64,000 nucleotides of DNA from an uncultured Rhodospirillaceae bacterium (lineage in GTDB: Bacteria > Pseudomonadota > Alphaproteobacteria > MPNO01 > UBA2964), in NCBI GenBank assembly GCA_913052165.1, contig CAJXEC010000002.1, positions 133 to 64,132 of the forward strand. The letters run 5' to 3'. Below are positions 40,784 through 50,366 of this stretch, piece by piece. The translations under genes were made by a program, and so were the position numbers. Below the pieces are notes generated by a model. The model ran no database searches, was not told the DNA's origin, and saw only the letters and a list, made by a program, of their open reading frames with translations. Each line of letters opens with the position of its first letter. Position 1 is the stretch's first letter.

Positions 40784-42016
40784 TTGCTAGATCCTAAGGA
40801 TGCTTCTAACCTAAAAGGTATGGATTTAATTCTACATGAGAATCAAAAGATACTTCGTGAGAGCGCCCGAGCATTTGTAAAAAAAAACGGGGGTCCGGCT
40901 GCCTTTCGGGCGAACTCGGCACAAGAAGTAGGCTTCGATCGCGGAAGATTAGAGGCCGCTGCTGCAGAGGGGTGGTTTAGATTGCTAGTCTCTCCCAGCC
41001 GGAAAGGATTGGGATTAGGACTAACCGAGCTTGCCTTAGTAATGGAAGCTGCTGGTGCGGGCCTGATGACTGAACCAATTGCTGAAATGGCAGTATCGGC
41101 TTGGGCAATATCCAATGGCCGTGCAGCTACCGGCCTTGGCCAAGTGTTGATCGAGCTGATGGAGGGAAAACGAATTGTCATTCCCGCAATTAGGGATAGT
41201 GTTTTTCCACCAGAGCATGGCCCTGGAATAATATCCACCAACGAGCATCACGGTTATCAGCTCACCGGAGAAACTCCCGCTGTTCCGATTCCAGATTTGG
41301 TAGATGATTATCTGGTTAATGCGGAAACCCAAGAGGGAACCCTGGTTTTCTCGGTGACAAGGCATGGGGCTGGGCTTATCTCTGAAGTGATCTCTCGCAC
41401 GGATGGCATTACCACAGGTAAAATAGATTTTCCGGGGGTCTTTCTCGTAGAGGAGGCACTCGTTGCTGGTCGAGAACAGGGGGGAAAGATTGCAATGCAA
41501 ATTTATGACCGGGTCCTCATTGGTCATGTCGCAGAAATGCTAGGTGTCATGACAGGGGCAATGGAATTGACGCTTGATTATGTTGGGACCCGTGAACAAT
41601 TTGGCAGGGCTATCGGATCTTTCCATGTTATTCAGCATCGAATTGCAGATGACTCTATGGGCCTGGAAGTTACACGCTCCTTATTATACGAGACTTGCAG
41701 AGCATTCGATGAGGGGCGAGGCCGAAGAGCAATGGTAGCTGCATTAAAAGCCCATGCCTCAGAGGCTGTGTTGAAGATTGCTAAATCAGCTATTCAATTG
41801 CACGGTGCCATCGGGTTTGCTGATGAACATGACGCGGGTCTCTTTCTGAAGAGAGCGATGGGCCTTTCTGTTCAGTACGGCACATCTTCCGAACATAGAA
41901 GACGATTTGAGTATTTATCTGGTGAAGAGCCGGACGACTCCCATCCTTCCAAAAAAACTAAACGTCGATCAAAGAAACGTCGGCGGAGTATTTTCTCTGG
42001 GATGTCTGGGTCTTGA
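40784..42016 (+). CDS. acyl-CoA dehydrogenase-family protein lacking the canonical C-terminal catalytic Glu, with a basic C-terminal tail
   Basis: 410 aa with the ACAD fold pattern (LDYVGTREQFGRAIGSFHVIQHRIAD, IQLHGAIGFADEHD). It has VQYGTSSEH where catalytic ACADs have xYEGTxEI. The tail is HPSKKTKRRSKKRRRSIFSGMSGS. TTG start 4 nt after GGAGG; ATG 40820 is an alternative. Confidence 0.75.
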   Translation: MLDPKDASNLKGMDLILHENQKILRESARAFVKKNGGPAAFRANSAQEVGFDRGRLEAAAAEGWFRLLVSPSRKGLGLGLTELALVMEAAGAGLMTEPIAEMAVSAWAISNGRAATGLGQVLIELMEGKRIVIPAIRDSVFPPEHGPGIISTNEHHGYQLTGETPAVPIPDLVDDYLVNAETQEGTLVFSVTRHGAGLISEVISRTDGITTGKIDFPGVFLVEEALVAGREQGGKIAMQIYDRVLIGHVAEMLGVMTGAMELTLDYVGTREQFGRAIGSFHVIQHRIADDSMGLEVTRSLLYETCRAFDEGRGRRAMVAALKAHASEAVLKIAKSAIQLHGAIGFADEHDAGLFLKRAMGLSVQYGTSSEHRRRFEYLSGEEPDDSHPSKKTKRRSKKRRRSIFSGMSGS

Positions 42017-42054
42017 GTCCCTAAAATCCCCTCCCTGAACTTTGTGTTTCCCTG

Positions 42055-42564
42055 CTAATGACTCATTTGCTTGTGGCCGCTGGTATCTCTTTTTTCTCCG
42101 CTACTTCCGCGCATAGCTCCAATCCCTTCCACCTTGACTTTGATATTGATCGGATCAATCGATTGAAATTTAACGAGAAGGGGAAATTCTTCTCCTTGTT
42201 GTAATTTTCTCTCTAGATTTAACAGCATGAGGTGGATACCTCCTGGGGCCATTTTAATCGATTTATTGGGAGCGATACCGATTTTTTCAGTTTTCCGCAT
42301 TCGCATAATTTGCCCGTCCATTGTGTGGGTGTGGATCTCAACCTTCCTTGCCAGTGGAGTCTCGGCGCCGATGAGGAGGTGGGCTCTATCTCCGTGATTT
42401 TGAATAGTTAAATAAGCTGCACCATTTTTGCTGACTGAAGCGCGTGCCCAGGCTGCTGTAATTTCGATCTCACCGGGCACAGGTTTCGGTTTCTTCTCAG
42501 CCTTAGCCGGGAACGCAAACAAAATCATTGAGAGGAAGAGTAAAATACCTGATTGAATTCTCAT
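42055..42564 (-). CDS. periplasmic copper chaperone PCu(A)C (DUF461)
   Basis: 169 aa with a signal peptide. AAWARAS, HTHTMDGQIMRM and GGIHLMLL match the H(M)..M..HxM copper-binding pattern of PCuAC. Confidence 0.8.
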   Translation of the reverse strand: MRIQSGILLFLSMILFAFPAKAEKKPKPVPGEIEITAAWARASVSKNGAAYLTIQNHGDRAHLLIGAETPLARKVEIHTHTMDGQIMRMRKTEKIGIAPNKSIKMAPGGIHLMLLNLERKLQQGEEFPLLVKFQSIDPINIKVKVEGIGAMRGSSGEKRDTSGHKQMSH

Positions 42565-42621
42565 TTTTCCCGAACCCTGATTTCCTATTGAGTAAGATTG
42601 ACTATTAATTGCGCTTAAAAT

Positions 42622-45363
42622 TTACGGGGGGCCATAGATCCCCGATTGGACCAGTTCTGCTTGAAGACGGTCCGGTGTGCAAGGGGCCTCTCGCACTCGA
42701 ATACCTGTTGCTTGATAAATCCCGCCAAAGATCGCTGGAGCGGTCGCACACAATGCAGGTTCACCAATGCCTTTTGCTCCCCAGGGTCCGGAAGGTTCGG
42801 GGTTCTCAATTATAAAAATTTTCATTGAAGGAATGTCGCCTATAGTAGGGATCAAATAATCATGAAGATTTTCTGTCTTTCCTGGGACATACTCCTCCAT
42901 TAGCGCTAGCCCTATTCCTTGCGCTGTGCCTCCTTCTATCTGTCCTTCCACTTGGATCGGATTAAGTGTCTGCCCTACATCGTGGGCTGCCTCGATCCGA
43001 AGCACTCGCACTGTTCCTAGGGCACAGTCGACTTTAACCAATGCCAATTGTGCTGCAAATCCGTATGTCCCGTAAGGTTCCCCCTGCCCGTGAGAATCTA
43101 GGCTTGTTGTGGGAGGATCAAAATAGCCGGAACCTGACAAGACATCTCCACTCTCTGGATTTCTTAGAGCTGCTAAATCAATTTCATGGATTGTCTCTTT
43201 GTCATGCACCAAAATGCAACTGTTTCGAACATCTAGTCGTGCATCAGGACCGGCATTCGCCAAACGCAGAATTTGTGATCGCAGATTTTCTCCAGCTAAT
43301 TTTGTGGCGTTTCCTGACACATAGGCTTGGCGCGAGGCGGAGCTTTTTCCGGAGTCGGGTGTCTTATCTGTATCTCCCCAAACGATCTCAATTTGGCTCA
43401 TCGGCACACCGAGAGCATCAGCTGCAGCTTGAACCATTGTGGTGTTAGTCCCTTGGCCGATATCCTGCGCTCCAGAGTAGAGGGTGATGCGACCATTTGC
43501 AGATATGCCAATTCTAATGGATGATGGGTTCGAAAGTGAGGTGTTGCCGCAGCCATACCACATGCATCCTATGCCAGCTCCGAGCCGGAAAGGTCCTGAT
43601 GAGGCAGCATTAAATGCAACTGCTTCCGCCCGAGCTTTTTGCCACCCCGGCCGGAGAGACTTCAGACATTTCACGAGTCCCACACTTTTTAAAACCTGAC
43701 CGGTGCTGGTTTCTTGCCCTTTACGGATCGCATTTTTTAGTCGGAATTCAAGTGGGTCTTGGCCCGTTTTTTCCGCCAATTCATCAATAAGAGCTTCATG
43801 GGCGATTGCTGCTTGAGGAACGCCAAAACCACGAAATGCGCCTGCAACCGGCTCGTTAGAGAAGGTTGCCCGAGATTTGGCTTTAATAGCCGGTACGTAA
43901 TACGGGCCAGACGCGTGAATGGGGACCCGATCCTTAACCGTTAGCCCCCATGAAGTATACGCTCCCGTGTTGAAGTCACCGTCAAAAAAAAAGCTTGTTA
44001 GCGAACCGTTCTCGTCGCAGCCGTATCGTGCCATTATTCGAGACGGGTGTCTTTTGGTGGTCGCAGTCATGGATTCTTTGCGGTCATATACCATCCTAAC
44101 TGGCAACTTGTGTTTCCAGGCCGCGATTGACAGAAAAGTTTGGACGGATAGATCAAGTTTGCCGCCAAAGCCACCCCCGCAAGCCGAGGGTATTATACGT
44201 ACATTCTCTTTTTCTATTCCGAGGAGTTGGGCGACCTCATCTCGATCCATGTAGGGAGATTGGGTGCTTGAATAGATTTCGATCCGATCTCCGACACGTT
44301 GAGCCCAACCCGCTTCCGGCTCGATATAAGCATGCTCCACGAAACCGGTTTTAAAACTACCCTCTGCGATGATAGGGCTGCTCTCTAATGAGGCCAGCGC
44401 ATCACCTTTTATCACGCACCCTTCCGCCAAAATATTCCCAGGCTTGCTTGGGTGGATGAGGTCAGCTCCCTCCGCTAGAGGTTTATCGAAACCCTGAAGT
44501 GGTTCCTCTTCAAACCATAAGATAGGAAGGTCATTGTCGTCTATAGAATAAATAGCATCGTGCTCTCCGACTAAAGCCAGGATGGGTTCACCGCGATATC
44601 GAACTGTTTTATCTGCCAAGGCTGGTTGGTCTTTTACATCAGGGTAAATACCAAAGCCATTGTTCCCAGGGATATCTCTCGCCGTAAGGATATCCAAAAG
44701 TCCGCTTGTGTTTTTAACAAAGCTTTGAAGGTCACCAATTTCGAAGGTTGCTCGCCAAAAAGGAGATCTGACTGCTCGGATCCACAAGGAGCTTTTTGGC
44801 GCAACATCATCGCCAAATTTTTCGGCTCCTGTTAATTTTTGAATTCCATCGATTTTAGCCGCGCGCGCGCCTACTGCCGAACCGACCCCCGGGTCCACGA
44901 CACCAGCATTATCGATTGTTTTGATATTCAGAATAGCTTGAATAATTTTTTGGTAGCCTGTGCAGCGGCATAAGACTCCCCCAAGGTGATCTCTAATGGT
45001 TTCTTCCGTTGGTGAGGGATTGTGTTGAAGTAAAGCAGTAGCGGCCATAAGCATTCCTGGGGTACAAATTCCGCACTGTGCTGCTCCGAATGCGTGAAAT
45101 GATTTTTGCAACGCGTTTAACTGCCCCTGCTTGGCGAGACCTTCAACAGTCATTATTTTCGATCCCTGCGCCCTGGCGGCAGATACCATGCAGGCACAGG
45201 TTTGTTGGCTATCGATTAGCACGGTGCAGGCACCACAATCTCCAGCGTTGCAACCTATTTTTGTCCCCGTGAGCCCGATTTCGTTTCTTATGACATCCGA
45301 TAAACGATCTGACGGTCGCGCCTCGATGACATGCAGTTTTCCGTTTACATCAAGTGTAATCAT
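42622..45363 (-). CDS. xanthine dehydrogenase/aldehyde oxidoreductase-family fused [2Fe-2S] plus molybdopterin subunit
   Basis: 913 aa. N-terminal double 2Fe-2S motifs (CNAGDCGACTV, CGICTPG, CRCTGY). Mo domain with GGGFGGK and the XDH/AOX-type loop GAFRGFGVPQ. 4-nt overlap with the upstream FAD subunit gene. Confidence 0.9.
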   Translation of the reverse strand: MITLDVNGKLHVIEARPSDRLSDVIRNEIGLTGTKIGCNAGDCGACTVLIDSQQTCACMVSAARAQGSKIMTVEGLAKQGQLNALQKSFHAFGAAQCGICTPGMLMAATALLQHNPSPTEETIRDHLGGVLCRCTGYQKIIQAILNIKTIDNAGVVDPGVGSAVGARAAKIDGIQKLTGAEKFGDDVAPKSSLWIRAVRSPFWRATFEIGDLQSFVKNTSGLLDILTARDIPGNNGFGIYPDVKDQPALADKTVRYRGEPILALVGEHDAIYSIDDNDLPILWFEEEPLQGFDKPLAEGADLIHPSKPGNILAEGCVIKGDALASLESSPIIAEGSFKTGFVEHAYIEPEAGWAQRVGDRIEIYSSTQSPYMDRDEVAQLLGIEKENVRIIPSACGGGFGGKLDLSVQTFLSIAAWKHKLPVRMVYDRKESMTATTKRHPSRIMARYGCDENGSLTSFFFDGDFNTGAYTSWGLTVKDRVPIHASGPYYVPAIKAKSRATFSNEPVAGAFRGFGVPQAAIAHEALIDELAEKTGQDPLEFRLKNAIRKGQETSTGQVLKSVGLVKCLKSLRPGWQKARAEAVAFNAASSGPFRLGAGIGCMWYGCGNTSLSNPSSIRIGISANGRITLYSGAQDIGQGTNTTMVQAAADALGVPMSQIEIVWGDTDKTPDSGKSSASRQAYVSGNATKLAGENLRSQILRLANAGPDARLDVRNSCILVHDKETIHEIDLAALRNPESGDVLSGSGYFDPPTTSLDSHGQGEPYGTYGFAAQLALVKVDCALGTVRVLRIEAAHDVGQTLNPIQVEGQIEGGTAQGIGLALMEEYVPGKTENLHDYLIPTIGDIPSMKIFIIENPEPSGPWGAKGIGEPALCATAPAIFGGIYQATGIRVREAPCTPDRLQAELVQSGIYGPP

Positions 45364-46205
45364 GAGAGCTTTGTTTCCAATTCCTCTAAAGCGCGGATCA
45401 CTAGCGTTAAGGCAGCATCTTTGCGGTATAAAGCCTTAGATCGAATATCGTCGATGGGGGTTAGGGATAATAGATGCTCGTGTGAGGGCGTTTCTGAAAA
45501 GTTTGATCCAACTTTTTTTCCAATGAGGTCATCTTCAAGTTGGGGAAGTCTTTGCGCTACTGGGGAGCAGGATCCAACGGCAATGCGTGCCGAAGTAATG
45601 ATGCGGTGAACATCCACCTCTAAAATAACAGCCACCATTACGACCGATATCACAAGATATTTACGGGCCCCAAGTTTCAAAAAAGTCGATACACATGGTT
45701 GCTTTGGCCGGGGAATTGTAATCCCTGTCACGAGTTCATCAGCTTTCCTCAGGGTTGTTCTATTCCCCGTTATGAACTCATCTAAATTAACCGTGCGAAT
45801 TCTCCCTATGCTCTCTAACTCGACTTTGGCGTTAAGCGCCAGTAACGGTGGAATGCTATCGGCAGCAGGTGAAGCGTTGCAAATATTGCCGGCGATGGTG
45901 CCGATATTTTGTATTTGCTTCCCACCTACCTCCCTTGCAGCAAGCCTCAGACAATCGAATAACTCAGGTAGATCACCGTTAATTATGTCTGACCAAGTCG
46001 CTGTAGCTCCAATTCGGTAATCGTTTGCTCGTTCCTCAATAATTTGTAACGACCTGATTTTCGACAAATCGAGAATGGGATCCTTTATTATTTGAGCCGA
46101 TCTCGGAGGATAGAAATCGGTGCCTCCTGCCAGTGGCGTGTATGCATGTTGAGACAGCGCTGATAATGCCTCCTCGAGGGATTTCGGTTGCAAGTATTCT
46201 GACAT
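45360..46205 (-). CDS. FAD-binding subunit of molybdenum hydroxylase (CoxM/XdhB-like)
   Basis: 281 aa. The FAD-binding PCMH-type pattern (PLAGGTDFYP, TIAGNICNASPAADSIPPLLAL) is typical of medium subunits. Confidence 0.88.
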   Translation of the reverse strand: MSEYLQPKSLEEALSALSQHAYTPLAGGTDFYPPRSAQIIKDPILDLSKIRSLQIIEERANDYRIGATATWSDIINGDLPELFDCLRLAAREVGGKQIQNIGTIAGNICNASPAADSIPPLLALNAKVELESIGRIRTVNLDEFITGNRTTLRKADELVTGITIPRPKQPCVSTFLKLGARKYLVISVVMVAVILEVDVHRIITSARIAVGSCSPVAQRLPQLEDDLIGKKVGSNFSETPSHEHLLSLTPIDDIRSKALYRKDAALTLVIRALEELETKLS

Positions 46206-46214
46206 TAATCGGGT

Positions 46215-46973
46215 TTAATAAGATGTATAGCCTGCATCAACGGTCATATCAGTCCCTGAGACATATGAAGCTTCATCACTTGCAAGAAATAGGGCTGCTG
46301 CAGCAATTTCTTCAGGTTGGCCCAGTCGCCCTATATGGAGTCTGGGACCGTGACGTTCTAGAACTGCCTCAAGTGATGGATTCCGAACGAGCAGTCTCGG
46401 GGTTTGAATAGGACCAGGCATAATCGAATTACAACGGATATTATCCGCCGCATAATCAATGGCTATATTTTTTGTGAGCATGCGGATTCCACCCTTGGAG
46501 GTGGCGTATACAGCTCGTTCTTTAGGCGACACCATGCCGTATATTGATGAGATATTTACGATAGACCCAATCCCTGCTTCGAGCATTTGAATAAGACAAT
46601 GTTTGGCTATGATCACCATTCCGGTGAGGTTTATGTCGAGAACCCGTCGGTAATCTGTGATATCTGTTTCATGGACACGGGCTTTTTTGTCTTGGCCGGC
46701 TGCAGCGTTCATTAAACACGTTATAAGCCCGTAGGACTCTTTCGCTTTAGCACAAGCGGCTGCCACGGAATCTTCGTCTGTAACGTCGCAGACAATGGCT
46801 ATCGCTTTTCCACCGGCGTCATTGATATCTTGGGCGGTTTTTTTTACGTTTTCTTCAGCTATATCTACACAAACTACGGATGCACCTTCACGACCCCAAA
46901 CACGTGCAGTTGCCCCGGCAATATATCCTCCTGCTGCGGTTACAACTGCTACTTTCCCGTCCAGTCTTCCCAT
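46215..46973 (-). CDS. short-chain dehydrogenase/reductase (classical SDR)
   Basis: 252 aa with a glycine-rich N-terminal cofactor-binding motif (VVTAAGGYIAG), NAA and catalytic YATSK. First gene of the minus-strand SDR-FAD-FeS/Mo-PCuAC string. Confidence 0.9.
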   Translation of the reverse strand: MGRLDGKVAVVTAAGGYIAGATARVWGREGASVVCVDIAEENVKKTAQDINDAGGKAIAIVCDVTDEDSVAAACAKAKESYGLITCLMNAAAGQDKKARVHETDITDYRRVLDINLTGMVIIAKHCLIQMLEAGIGSIVNISSIYGMVSPKERAVYATSKGGIRMLTKNIAIDYAADNIRCNSIMPGPIQTPRLLVRNPSLEAVLERHGPRLHIGRLGQPEEIAAAALFLASDEASYVSGTDMTVDAGYTSY

Positions 46974-47278
46974 AAAATTTCTCTCCCCAGGTTTGTTTTT
47001 TTCGAAATATCGTCTTCAGTAGAACACCTTCCCTAAGGCGTTAGACTTGATTTGTACTTGCGGTCAAATGCAGAAGCCCCCGTCTGGAAAGAGATTGCCA
47101 TAAATTTTTCCTCTAACCAAATTGGACCAGAAGAATTTAAAGACCTAAAGAGGTCCTCTAAACTTGCGTAGTTTTAAGAAGTTTACTGATCGGATCCGCT
47201 ATTTAGATATTTATATGGCATTTGAATTGAGGATGCCTGTGTGTAAGCTATCGTCAAAAGTGGATAGTGGAGCAAATT

Positions 47279-48058
47279 ATGGACGGAGCCTTTAGCATCG
47301 ACATACCATCCCTAGAGGGAAAGGTCAGTGAGGAGGAGTGGCAAGCTCGGGTCAATTTAGCCTGCGCTTATCGGATCGTTGACTACTACGGTTGGACGAA
47401 TGTTATCGCAAATCATATTTCTCTTCGTGTCCCAGGTGTAGAAGAACATTTTTTGCTAAATCCTTATGGGATGATGTACGATGAAGTAACCGCATCCAGC
47501 TTGGTAAAAATAGATTTGGAGGGCAAAAAAGTGATTAATAGCCCATTTGAAATCAACCAGGCAGGCTATGTGATTCATTCCGCTATTCACGCCGCGAGAA
47601 AGGATGTGACCTGTGCGATCCACACCCATACAGAAGCAGGTATGGCTGTATCGGCCCAGAAATGCGGACTTTTACCTCTATCAATGGCCGCAATCCGCTT
47701 TTACGACAATATTGCCTACCACGATTATGAAGGTGTCGTACTTGAGGTAGAAGAACGGGAGAGTATTGTCCAACACCTCGGTGATAAGTTTGCCATGATT
47801 CTCAAAAATCACGGTCTTTTGACCCTCGGCAGAAATTTGGGCGAAGCATTTTATTTGATGTACAATCTCGAGAAGGCCTGCAGATCCCAACTTGCTGCGA
47901 TGGCCGGCGGGACAGAACTTGACGTGCCATCTGAAGAGGTCCTGAAGAAATCGGCGGCACAGAGTTGGATACCTAACAATAACAGGACTGATATGCATCC
48001 AACATGGCCGGCGCTTGTTCGAAAGATGGACCGGATAGACCCTAGCTATCGAACTTAA
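47279..48058 (+). CDS. class II aldolase/adducin-domain protein
   Basis: About 259 aa with the metal-site pattern HSAIHAARKDVTCAIHTHT and NHGLLTLG. I prefer ATG 47279 (GGAG 6 nt upstream) over GTG 47267. Confidence 0.8.
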   Translation: MDGAFSIDIPSLEGKVSEEEWQARVNLACAYRIVDYYGWTNVIANHISLRVPGVEEHFLLNPYGMMYDEVTASSLVKIDLEGKKVINSPFEINQAGYVIHSAIHAARKDVTCAIHTHTEAGMAVSAQKCGLLPLSMAAIRFYDNIAYHDYEGVVLEVEERESIVQHLGDKFAMILKNHGLLTLGRNLGEAFYLMYNLEKACRSQLAAMAGGTELDVPSEEVLKKSAAQSWIPNNNRTDMHPTWPALVRKMDRIDPSYRT

Positions 48059-48067
48059 TTGTCCAAA

Positions 48068-49225
48068 TCAGTCGTAATTTCTGAGAATATTTCGAGCGAT
48101 TACCCACTTCATTATTTCAGTTGGCCCCTCTGTTATCCTGAAGGACCGTGCCTGGCGCCAAAATTGCTCTATCGGAAGATCAGTTGTTAGTCCAATTCCG
48201 CCATGGACCTGCATGCAGCGATCAGCTGCCCTAAACCCAAGCTCATCCGCATACATTTTTTGTATAAACCCGTCAGTTCGATCGAGTTGACCTCGCGATG
48301 CCATATCTGCGGCGTTGTAAACCATCAGACGGGCTGCCTGTGTCTCAACATGAGTATCTGTAATTAACCACTGGATAGCCTGCCTATCTGAGAGCCTTTG
48401 TCCAAATGTCTCCCTTTGTTTGGCATATGTGCACATCATGTCGAGACACCTCTGAGCTGTGCCAACGCCTCTCGCGCCATGTTTCAAGCGTCCGTGTGCT
48501 AGGAACCTCTGTCCCAGACCAAATCCCTCGCCCTCCTCACCGACTCGATGCTCTATGGGTATTTCGACATTATCAAAATGAATCTCGCACGGCTGGTCAC
48601 CCATCATCGTGTTATATTTAGCAGTAATTTTTACACCCGGTGAGTCCATATCAACCAGAAAAAGAGAGATACCGCCCCGAGAGCCTCTATCTTTGTCGGT
48701 GACAGCTAAAAGCTGGGCAAAGTCGGCTTCCTCAGCGCCGGTCATCCATCTCTTTGTGCCGTTAATAATATACTTGTCACCGTCCCGTACCGCTGCCGTG
48801 CGCATGCTACCTGGGTCTCCGCCGGCATCGGGTTCACTTTGGGCGAAGCAGGCTGTTTTTTTGCCATCTAGGACAGGATAAAGATATTTTTCTTTCATCG
48901 GTTCAGATAGCTCATACAGGGGGGCACGGACTTGAGGTCCCATGATCCCACCTAGGCCCCGGGTGGGGACGGCGATTGTGCGGCCTAATTGTTCCCAAAC
49001 GATCACGAGGGACATAAGATCGGCTCCTACGCCACCATATTCCTCTGGAACCTCCATCTTCCAAATGCCTAGGTCTTTGGCCCGGGAATGAAATTTGTCT
49101 CTCCATTCAGGTTTGAGTTGACCTCCTTCGCAAGTCTCTAGTTCGAATGGGATCATTTCCTCATCTACAAACCGCTGCATTGTTTCTCGGAACATACGAT
49201 GTTCTTCTGAAAGGGGATATTCCAT
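48068..49225 (-). CDS. acyl-CoA dehydrogenase
   Basis: About 385 aa from ATG 49225 (GGAGG RBS). Motifs SEPDAGGDPG, RWMTGA and the catalytic Glu context RITEGPTEI. Confidence 0.9.
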   Translation of the reverse strand: MEYPLSEEHRMFRETMQRFVDEEMIPFELETCEGGQLKPEWRDKFHSRAKDLGIWKMEVPEEYGGVGADLMSLVIVWEQLGRTIAVPTRGLGGIMGPQVRAPLYELSEPMKEKYLYPVLDGKKTACFAQSEPDAGGDPGSMRTAAVRDGDKYIINGTKRWMTGAEEADFAQLLAVTDKDRGSRGGISLFLVDMDSPGVKITAKYNTMMGDQPCEIHFDNVEIPIEHRVGEEGEGFGLGQRFLAHGRLKHGARGVGTAQRCLDMMCTYAKQRETFGQRLSDRQAIQWLITDTHVETQAARLMVYNAADMASRGQLDRTDGFIQKMYADELGFRAADRCMQVHGGIGLTTDLPIEQFWRQARSFRITEGPTEIMKWVIARNILRNYD

Positions 49226-49356
49226 GAGACCTCCAAGCAATCTTTTAATGATCCGGGCGCAGAGAAGACTTGTCAACGGAGCTACCCGTAAAGTTGACCT
49301 GTATTTATGCTAAAGTTTAAAGTTGCTAATAAAAATAAAGTAAGGGAGGTGGCGTG

Positions 49357-50352
49357 ATGGCCACACAGTTTCAGGCTTTGGTCCTGGAAAAGGGGGAGAG
49401 CGGGGTCCATGGCTCTGTTCAGAAACTGGATGAAGACAGTTTACCCAAAGGTGATGTGACCGTTGCTGTTTCGCACTCCACATTGAATTATAAAGATGGA
49501 TTGATCCTAAACGGTTTAGGAAGGCTGGTAAAAAATTATCCTCACATCCCGGGGATTGATTTTTCAGGTACGGTCGAAAACTCTAAAAACTCCGATTATG
49601 TAGTCGGCGATCAAGTTGTCTTGACCGGTTGGCGGGTCGGAGAAAGCCACTGGGGCGGATTTGCTCAGAAGGCCAGGGTGGATCCAAATTGGTTGGTCCC
49701 AATGCCTGATAACCTGTCACCAAAAAGAGCAATGGCAATCGGCACGGCAGGCTTCACTGCCATGTTGGCATTCATGGCATTGGAGGATCACGGCATGAGA
49801 CCTGAAAAAGGTTCCGTCCTTGTCACCGGTGCAAATGGCGGGGTGGGAAGTATCGCGATAGCAATTCTCAAAGCGAATGGCTATGAGGTTCACGCTGTTA
49901 CCGGTCGAATGAACCTGTCTGATCGCTTAGAGGCTATGGGCGCGGACAAAATAATCGACAGATCTGAGATGATGATCGAGCCCAAAAGACCCCTGCAAGG
50001 CGAATATTGGGCGGGGTGCATAGATGCCGTTGGGGGTAAGATGTTGGCTAATGTGCTAACCCAAATAAAGCATGGAGGCTGCGTCGCTGCTTGTGGTCTC
50101 GCGGGAGGTGCGCATTTGGCCACAACAGTAATCCCTTTTCTGCTAAGAGGTGTCAATCTTCTTGGTGTTGACTCAGTTATGTGTCCAATCGGAAGACGCA
50201 AAGAGGCTTGGGCCCGACTTGCTAAGGACATACCCAGCCAGGCAGTGGGTAATATCACGCAGATCGTGGGGCTAGAGGAGTTACCCGATTTGGCTGATAA
50301 AATCTTGGCAGGACAAATCGCCGGGCGGGTTGTCGTTGATCTAAACCGTTAA
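49357..50352 (+). CDS. acuI: YhdH/AcuI-family MDR oxidoreductase (acryloyl-CoA reductase-like)
   Basis: About 331 aa, colinear with recalled E. coli YhdH blocks (SSLNYKDGL, FPMIPGIDF-GTV, LTGWRVGESHWGG, GTAGFTAMLAFMALEDHG). Confidence 0.82.
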   Translation: MATQFQALVLEKGESGVHGSVQKLDEDSLPKGDVTVAVSHSTLNYKDGLILNGLGRLVKNYPHIPGIDFSGTVENSKNSDYVVGDQVVLTGWRVGESHWGGFAQKARVDPNWLVPMPDNLSPKRAMAIGTAGFTAMLAFMALEDHGMRPEKGSVLVTGANGGVGSIAIAILKANGYEVHAVTGRMNLSDRLEAMGADKIIDRSEMMIEPKRPLQGEYWAGCIDAVGGKMLANVLTQIKHGGCVAACGLAGGAHLATTVIPFLLRGVNLLGVDSVMCPIGRRKEAWARLAKDIPSQAVGNITQIVGLEELPDLADKILAGQIAGRVVVDLNR

Positions 50353-50366
50353 AGAAGGGGAGAAAT

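Noticed and set aside
47141-47160. AGACCT/AGGTCC dyads (47143..47159, also AGGTCCTTAAGACCT near 55245..55259 and AGGTCT at 55069) as a shared regulatory motif
   Set aside because: The half-sites are only 5-6 bp and their spacing and orientation differ between copies. At this length chance occurrence in 64 kb cannot be excluded without a genome-wide count.
47215-47295. 26-codon upstream ORF (MAFELRMPVCKLSSKVDSGANYGRSL) overlapping the class II aldolase start, as a leader peptide
   Set aside because: It has no RBS and no recognisable attenuator structure, and its composition is not informative.
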